Shown: one piece after another, positions 59,001 through 64,000 of the stretch | Numbering within the stretch: position 1 is the stretch's first letter | Layout of the letters: each line of letters opens with the position of its first letter | Virus record (IMG/VR): IMGVR_UViG_3300027710_000011 | Location: 186,001-250,000 of that record | DNA: 64,000 nt | Reading direction: 5' to 3' (one strand) | The notes under the pieces: generated by a model | The model's input: the letters and a program-made list of their open reading frames with translations, nothing else | Databases searched by the model: none | Told to the model about the DNA's origin: nothing | Position numbers and translations under genes: made by a program

Positions 59001-62000
59001 ATTCGCGCTCTGAAAGAGATCGCCACCACTGGAGCCGGTTGGATTGGTGCCGCCGGATCGATGGCTGTAAAGGGTCTTGGTACCTTCTACGGCGGATTGG
59101 TCAACGTCGGATTGAAGGCCTTTAAGGCTGGTTTGAAACTGCTGCCACCGTACGACGTGTATGTCAAGGGACAGGAGAAGCCTGTTCTTACCGTGGGTGG
59201 TTTCAAAGGTGGCTTGTACATCTCTCAGAAATCTGAAAAGACTCTCTCCCATCCTCGAGAGATCGATGGTCCGGTGATGGACAAGGACGGTAACTATCTG
59301 GTTACTGAAGACGACATCCGGACAGGACTTGTTGACAAGAACGGCTTGACAGTTACCAACAAAGCTGCGCGCTTGCTGGGCAAAGTCAAGAACGTACTCG
59401 GTGCTGGCTTCAAAGCCCTCAAGGGCATTGCCGGCATGGGTAAGGAATTCCTGGTAGGCATCGGTCAAGCGTTCAAAGATATGTTCTCTGGTATCTTTGG
59501 TCTGCGCGGTGAGTACTTGGAAACCAGTAGAAGTCAACTCGATGTTCAGCGCGAAATCCTTAAGGTTTTGGTTGAACGTCTTCCTACCTCTGGCAATAAA
59601 GTCAAAGGCGATTACGACGGAGATGGGGTTCGTAATGGATCAGCTGAAGACATCAGGCGTCAAGCCGCTGAAGCGGAGAAGCAAAAAGCTGCTGATCAAA
59701 ACTCCACCGAGATTAAGAATCAACCTGCTGGTGGAAAAGGCATCTTGGGTATGCTCGCCGGATTGTTCGGTAAAAAGAACAAGGGCGAAGAAGATGAAGG
59801 TGGTGACACCAACATTACTCTTGGTGGAGGCGGCGACGGAAAAGCTCCAGGTGATGCCGGTAAGGATGCTGGTAAAGCTGCAAAGTCTTCTAAGTGGCTT
59901 GGGAAAGGCGGCAGGCTTGCTCGCTTGGGTGGCGGCCTTTGGGGCGCTACTAAGTGGGCCGGAGGTGCTGCTCTTAGCATGGCTGGTCTGGGCGGTCTGG
60001 GCCTTGGTGGTCTTGCTTCAGGTGCTGCTAGTGCTGGCGGTGCCGCTCTAGGTGCTGCTGGAACAGGCCTCGCTGCTGCTGGAACAGCGCTTGGCGCCAT
60101 ACTGACAGCGCCTGTTCTCCTGACAGCCTTAGGCGTCGCTGCAGTGGCCACAGCTGGCTACTACGGTTACAAGTACCTGACTCGTGCTCAACTCACCACA
60201 CTGAACAAAGTTCGCTTTGCTCAATATGGTTTTGCTGAACAAGATAAAGAGAAGCTAGCTATCGTCTTTGGTCTGGAACAATACTTGATGAAGAATGTCA
60301 AGTTCGATAAGGACAAGGCATACATCAATTCTGAAAAGATTGATGCAAACGAGATGATGAAGCCTTTCGAAGTCAGTCAAGGATCTAGTTTTGCTCCCCA
60401 ATGGATGCTTTGGTTTGAACGTCGTTTTAAACCAATCTTCCTTGGACACGTCGCTGCACTGAAGGGTATCAATCCTGAAATTGCACTTGCTGATGTGGAT
60501 AGCAAGCTCAAGTCGGATGAGAAGCTGAAATACTTGGATGCGAGTTCGATGCCTGATGGTCCTTACGACATTTTGGAATCACCGTTCCAAGACATGAAAC
60601 AACTCTCGGTTAGTTCTAGCGGCGTAAAAGCTGCAATTGAACTGGCGCGAGATGAGCTTCAAAAAGCCGTGAAGAGTGATGCTACTTCTTCCGCTGCTAA
60701 GAAGGCAGGCGCTGCCGCTACAGGCGCAGCTCTGCTTAAGAGTGGTGGCGATGGCACCAGCGTCAGTAACGGCAATGCACCTCCGTCAGGTACAAGTGAT
60801 GAGGCTAGTGATGAGCTCAAAGCTGCCGCAGGCATAGGTGCTGCCGGTATGGAGTCCAGCGTGCAAGCTGGCTTGTCTGTCAGTGGCTCCAGCAACGTTC
60901 CTGGTGACTTCTTGTTCACTGGGCAAAAGGGAACCATCGACGCTTTGTCTTCCATCCGCTTTAAGGCGTACGGTTTGACAGAGATGGAAGTGCCCAAGAT
61001 CAAAGATCTGGCTTTCCTTGAAAAACAAGTCAGCAAGGATGTTATCTTTACCAAGGATAGCGCCACTTACGAAGAAGATGTTCGTGACCTGCTGTCTCGA
61101 GTCAAGAGCAAGTTCGGTATTGTTGGTCCGGAAAGTCCAGAAGGTCGTGAATGGGTCAATTGGTTCCGCTGCCGTTTCCTGCCCGTCTATTTGAATTACA
61201 GAACGTTGATTCAAAAAGCAACTGGTAAAGAAGACGGTGTTGTTGGCGGAATGATGCTCAAGCCCGACCAGCAGTTGGACGTGGCTAACGCGCTGATCAC
61301 TACGACCGGTATCGATCGCGGTCGTAAGGTTCCTGTCTGGGACATCACGTATACGCCTTGGACCGATTATCCGATGAATACGGATTCGGCCTCTACTGAG
61401 CTGAACATCAAGTTCTTGACTGAAGCCGTCAAGGCCGTCAAGGCTGGTGAGCAGAAATCAGCAGAAAAGAAAAAAGAAGCCGCTGCCAATGAATCGGCCG
61501 CCATCTCTCGTGGAGAAGCAGCCGATACGAAGTGGCGCGTGAATACTCCGGTTGGTCAACTCGCTATCCCTAAGGACCCTTACAGTCTGAAGAAGGATCG
61601 TGAAGCCATGGCGGAGAAGAACGGTTACGTTCAACCTGCTCCTTTGAATAGCGACGGTACCGGTGTGCGCGGTATGGGCGACTACATTAAGGGTGAGGCG
61701 ATCAAACACCCTGGTAAGGGTACGGGTGGTGACATCAATTCAATTCCTGAACCAACTGGAAACAATTGGCCAGGCATGAAAGCAATGCTCGAAGCAGTCG
61801 GAAAGATAACAGGTGTTGATGCAAGTACGCTTGCTGCAATGGCTGCTATCGAATCCAGCTTCAACCCAACTGCCCAAGCAGGTACCTCCAGTGCCGCTGG
61901 TTTGTTCCAATTCGTCAACAAGACTTGGAACGGAATGATCCAGAAGTATGGTTCTAAGTACGGCATTGCGCCGAACACACCTCGAACCGATGCACGCGCT

Positions 62001-62942
62001 AGTGCTTTGATGGGAGCAGAGTTCATTAAAGAGAATATCGGTTATCTGAAATCCAAACTCAAGGGTAAGGATATCACGAATACCGACGTCTACATGGCTC
62101 ACTTCTTGGGTGCCGGTGGCGCTACTGAGTTTCTCAATAGCGATCCCAACATGACTGGAGATCAAGTAACGTCTAAATCCATGAGAGACGCTGTTGCTGC
62201 CAACCGTCCTGTTTTCTACGAGAACAAAGGAAACGGTAGGGCTCGCACATTCGCTGAGATTTACAAACTCTTCAACCAGAAGATGGATCGTGAATCAAAG
62301 AAAGCAGGCGTCGGTAGTGGCTCGTCATCGTCCGCTGTCGCACCCACAGTGACTGGCGATAAAACGACAGGCGCTCCAGCATCAGTCACACCGGCAGCCG
62401 GAGATCGTGCTGGTGGTGGTAACGTGGCAGCACCAAGTGCTAGTGCAGCTAAGAACTCTGGCACTGCGGCTTTGGCTGCGGCGAACAGTGCTCCGGCTCC
62501 TACAAGCGCTGTAGCTTCTAACGTGACACCTGTTGTTCCTGTTCAAACACCACCCACAACGACTCAAGTCGGTGGTTCCGGTGGCGCATACACAGCACCT
62601 TCAATGCCTGCTGCAGATGCGCCTCGACCTCCGATTCGTCCTGTTCCTGATTTCGCTGGCTTCTCGCCACAACCTCGTCCGACGGGTACGGAAATCAGTG
62701 CTCAAGGCGATGCAAATCGTAAAGCAATGGCTGACGGCATTGTTAGCATTGGTAAGATCTTGGATGATTCTTTGGATGTTCAGAAGAAGATTCTCGACGG
62801 CATCAATGTCATTGCTAAGAACGGTCTTTCAGGTGCTTCTAAAGAACCTGAAAAGCCAAAGACCCCGGTGGCTAACACACCGACTTCCCCTAATGCTCAA
62901 CGCGCCGCTAAGGCTCCGGTGAGTATGGGTAGGGACTACTAA
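56082..62942 (+). CDS. Tail tape-measure/lytic transglycosylase protein (gp181-like)
   Basis: 2286 aa; Gly/Ala hydrophobic segment; C-terminal SLT domain (AIESSFNP, AAGLFQF, YMAHFLG). Confidence 0.92.
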   Translation: MATKTTKHKTGNSLDIDPGLDIPEFDFESFESGFSKQMKDEGPVKEVLGSFAKGVGSSFVKPGFIETTIRNVLPREYGSALDLGQASLGSARSLYNQAVKELKPAVGQLKQLTQQVLPKTEGILSKNIQEKLKDWSREEKSGELSEERMREMALAVELGSIFEAQAKDTDRREEANRRSDQIKDGVEQLRHRDEMGRLSEIAQNTSRLVGFNEDVTTAVYKKSLQVQLRQFYAVTELLRETKIANIKKTAQLEGVVRNTGISAGAVETTNKGSFKNKFLDGAKKGLFGAAQGFARDYVGNIHDDLSKKLTGATSSGNDLLSQINMMASMGSMGADVGMSAKGMAGDMAGSFLGDYLANKLQGKLKKHVGKIPAVQKLGAKLGYGMENAGPLLNDYLNDRNNKLGPLEPFREYLTSMLPKTGVDVTMDVASLHKSNEQAHFTNATQKSIIEVIPGLLARIQRELVITRTGKDAPLISYDYKANKFSTVEKLTSDLRAAFTGKDKQEDVKKRFDEMFKLIDKDGELDESKRERIKKQFMDKKSKGMSTDSKHIASKLNWGMDEEGEAIAKFFQKYLKTDSVGKRDPDSLQAIRRQRVLSKQIDRLTRFFEDPRADAQAMANLGQLDVLSGTGLYNTEKNSFDLDKINQGLLGGEDDTILQAGENRNPTLVEGSSRDSLNRPRRNIQKDARLAAQERRRRMQEAMTPRNQAAGAIPQQAPVEPTPVVGAEALKQTVEAMVDTAALERMMQEQIAEIKKIDPNANLLTVIEVLRSMDSRLEGGINTYSLAEDFLGPEARDRFRDRASRAGQRVKGAAGSARDAAANAARRTADAARRATSRVKDKVKSFRETTLGDVADAGLGAAKSIGSFGLDMASKLGSIGVKGAKMAGSVASTVLNKAGKTADKVADYFGDVFVEGETEPRLTRAKMKAGKYFDKGSKKVLTSLANIKGAVLDEEGMEILSADELEKSYVKGSKIRALKEIATTGAGWIGAAGSMAVKGLGTFYGGLVNVGLKAFKAGLKLLPPYDVYVKGQEKPVLTVGGFKGGLYISQKSEKTLSHPREIDGPVMDKDGNYLVTEDDIRTGLVDKNGLTVTNKAARLLGKVKNVLGAGFKALKGIAGMGKEFLVGIGQAFKDMFSGIFGLRGEYLETSRSQLDVQREILKVLVERLPTSGNKVKGDYDGDGVRNGSAEDIRRQAAEAEKQKAADQNSTEIKNQPAGGKGILGMLAGLFGKKNKGEEDEGGDTNITLGGGGDGKAPGDAGKDAGKAAKSSKWLGKGGRLARLGGGLWGATKWAGGAALSMAGLGGLGLGGLASGAASAGGAALGAAGTGLAAAGTALGAILTAPVLLTALGVAAVATAGYYGYKYLTRAQLTTLNKVRFAQYGFAEQDKEKLAIVFGLEQYLMKNVKFDKDKAYINSEKIDANEMMKPFEVSQGSSFAPQWMLWFERRFKPIFLGHVAALKGINPEIALADVDSKLKSDEKLKYLDASSMPDGPYDILESPFQDMKQLSVSSSGVKAAIELARDELQKAVKSDATSSAAKKAGAAATGAALLKSGGDGTSVSNGNAPPSGTSDEASDELKAAAGIGAAGMESSVQAGLSVSGSSNVPGDFLFTGQKGTIDALSSIRFKAYGLTEMEVPKIKDLAFLEKQVSKDVIFTKDSATYEEDVRDLLSRVKSKFGIVGPESPEGREWVNWFRCRFLPVYLNYRTLIQKATGKEDGVVGGMMLKPDQQLDVANALITTTGIDRGRKVPVWDITYTPWTDYPMNTDSASTELNIKFLTEAVKAVKAGEQKSAEKKKEAAANESAAISRGEAADTKWRVNTPVGQLAIPKDPYSLKKDREAMAEKNGYVQPAPLNSDGTGVRGMGDYIKGEAIKHPGKGTGGDINSIPEPTGNNWPGMKAMLEAVGKITGVDASTLAAMAAIESSFNPTAQAGTSSAAGLFQFVNKTWNGMIQKYGSKYGIAPNTPRTDARASALMGAEFIKENIGYLKSKLKGKDITNTDVYMAHFLGAGGATEFLNSDPNMTGDQVTSKSMRDAVAANRPVFYENKGNGRARTFAEIYKLFNQKMDRESKKAGVGSGSSSSAVAPTVTGDKTTGAPASVTPAAGDRAGGGNVAAPSASAAKNSGTAALAAANSAPAPTSAVASNVTPVVPVQTPPTTTQVGGSGGAYTAPSMPAADAPRPPIRPVPDFAGFSPQPRPTGTEISAQGDANRKAMADGIVSIGKILDDSLDVQKKILDGINVIAKNGLSGASKEPEKPKTPVANTPTSPNAQRAAKAPVSMGRDY

Positions 62943-62947
62943 AAGGA

Positions 62948-62981
62948 ATAAGGGTGGGGATTATCCCCACCCTACCTTTTT
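62948..62981 (+). terminator. Terminator
   Basis: AGGGTGGGGA-tta-TCCCCACCCT followed by a T-tract. Confidence 0.75.
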
Positions 62982-63008
62982 CTATGAGTAAATTAGAAGG
63001 TTACAGCC

Positions 63009-64000
63009 ATGGCTACTTTGAGTGCAAAAATCCGCGATTCCAGTTGGCTGCGGCAAGTCTTCTTGGTCCCAACCAAGGGGAATAGCCCACTGGTCGACGA
63101 CATCGACAAACGTAATGCCGCTTTTTCAACAGCAAGATTCAAGTTCGCCAATACCTCCCTAGGTGGTTCAATGGCGATCAACCCACCTCCGCAATATACA
63201 CCGAATGCTGATCGACGTGTCCCAGGCGTGCACATGTTGCGCGATAAAGCCGACCAGCCGTTGAGCAGAGAAAACCAAGGCACACTTGGTCGTTATTACA
63301 GTGAAGCCGTTGACGATAATTCCCGCATCATCAGCATGCGTATGGGAGTTCCAGCTTTCAACTCGCTGAGTTCGTTCTTCACTGGCTTCTACAACTACAA
63401 CGCTGGTTTGATGGCGCGCACTGGACGTGCCACTGGTGCAATGTATGCATTGGGTATGGCAACAGGTTTCGTCGCTTCCCTGGTAGTGTGGCCGCTGATG
63501 GTCATCAACTTGGGTGGTGACCTGATTAAGTTCTTCATGAACAAACCACGTAGTAAGTATTACTACCTGAAGCCCACGATGCCTCTTTACTGGAATGCAG
63601 TCACTGCCCTGGTGAACAACATTGCAGTTAACAAAGGCATTATTCCGCGCATCCTGGACGAAGACTCCACCAATAACTTGGATGGTCGCTTTCCGTTCAA
63701 GAAGGATGACATGGAGCATGTTTCCAGACTTATGGGCGACATTTACATGGAAGGTGGACAGATCAACGTCTACGCCATGGCAACGCGCTATCAGCGTCAA
63801 GCTCGTAAGTTCTATGGATACATGCAAAAGAAATACATGAACGAGACGGGTTATCTGGACACGTACGGCATGGTGGAAGATTTGTATAAACACCGTGTCG
63901 ATCTAGGTACCCGAGAGAATCCGTCTTTGTCAATGTACTTGAAGAAGTGGATTACTACGTCATCAGGTACACCAAAGCAAACGGAGCAATCTCAGAAGGG
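63009..64000 (+). CDS. Tail tip/baseplate hub protein (gp182-like), partial
   Basis: Not in the ORF track. Manual translation gives MATLSAKIRDSSWLRQ...KFANTSLGGSMAINPPPQYT...LGRYYSEAVDDN; follows gp181. Confidence 0.8.
   Translation, partial: MATLSAKIRDSSWLRQVFLVPTKGNSPLVDDIDKRNAAFSTARFKFANTSLGGSMAINPPPQYTPNADRRVPGVHMLRDKADQPLSRENQGTLGRYYSEAVDDNSRIISMRMGVPAFNSLSSFFTGFYNYNAGLMARTGRATGAMYALGMATGFVASLVVWPLMVINLGGDLIKFFMNKPRSKYYYLKPTMPLYWNAVTALVNNIAVNKGIIPRILDEDSTNNLDGRFPFKKDDMEHVSRLMGDIYMEGGQINVYAMATRYQRQARKFYGYMQKKYMNETGYLDTYGMVEDLYKHRVDLGTRENPSLSMYLKKWITTSSGTPKQTEQSQK

Noticed and set aside
63168-63893. 241-aa minus-strand ORF
   Set aside because: Antisense to the unlisted gp182-like gene starting at 63009.
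1-64000. tRNA, rRNA, CRISPR array, transposase
   Set aside because: No cloverleaf, repeat-spacer periodicity or transposase motifs seen by eye; a tRNAscan or CRISPR-finder run would confirm.

Overview
64 kb of a phiKZ-like nucleus-forming jumbo phage (Chimalliviridae); gene names and phiKZ gp numbers below come from motif recognition and synteny, not from database searches. Left to right the window holds: (1) the nucleus/non-virion RNAP block on the minus strand (partial gp71 beta, gp70, PicA/gp69, gp68, ChmC/gp67, gp66, SbcD-like nuclease, gp55 beta', chimallin ChmA) followed by the B-family DNA polymerase; (2) an array of seven overlapping, diverged, apparently paralogous small genes, then the PhuZ tubulin; (3) a ~730 bp non-coding region, terminase, tail tube and sheath, and gp28-27-26; (4) accessory genes, prohead protease, two virion RNAP subunits, the 2286-aa tail lytic transglycosylase and a partial gp182. 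The best leads are: a free-standing GIY-YIG endonuclease inserted in the 5' end of chmC that carries a synonymously recoded replacement start; a 17-bp promoter motif shared by the nucleus-building genes; a non-coding region combining a 42-bp alternating purine-pyrimidine tract, three TATAAT boxes and a G-quadruplex motif; two candidate structured RNAs; and the paralog array at the position of known phiKZ nuclear-import factors.
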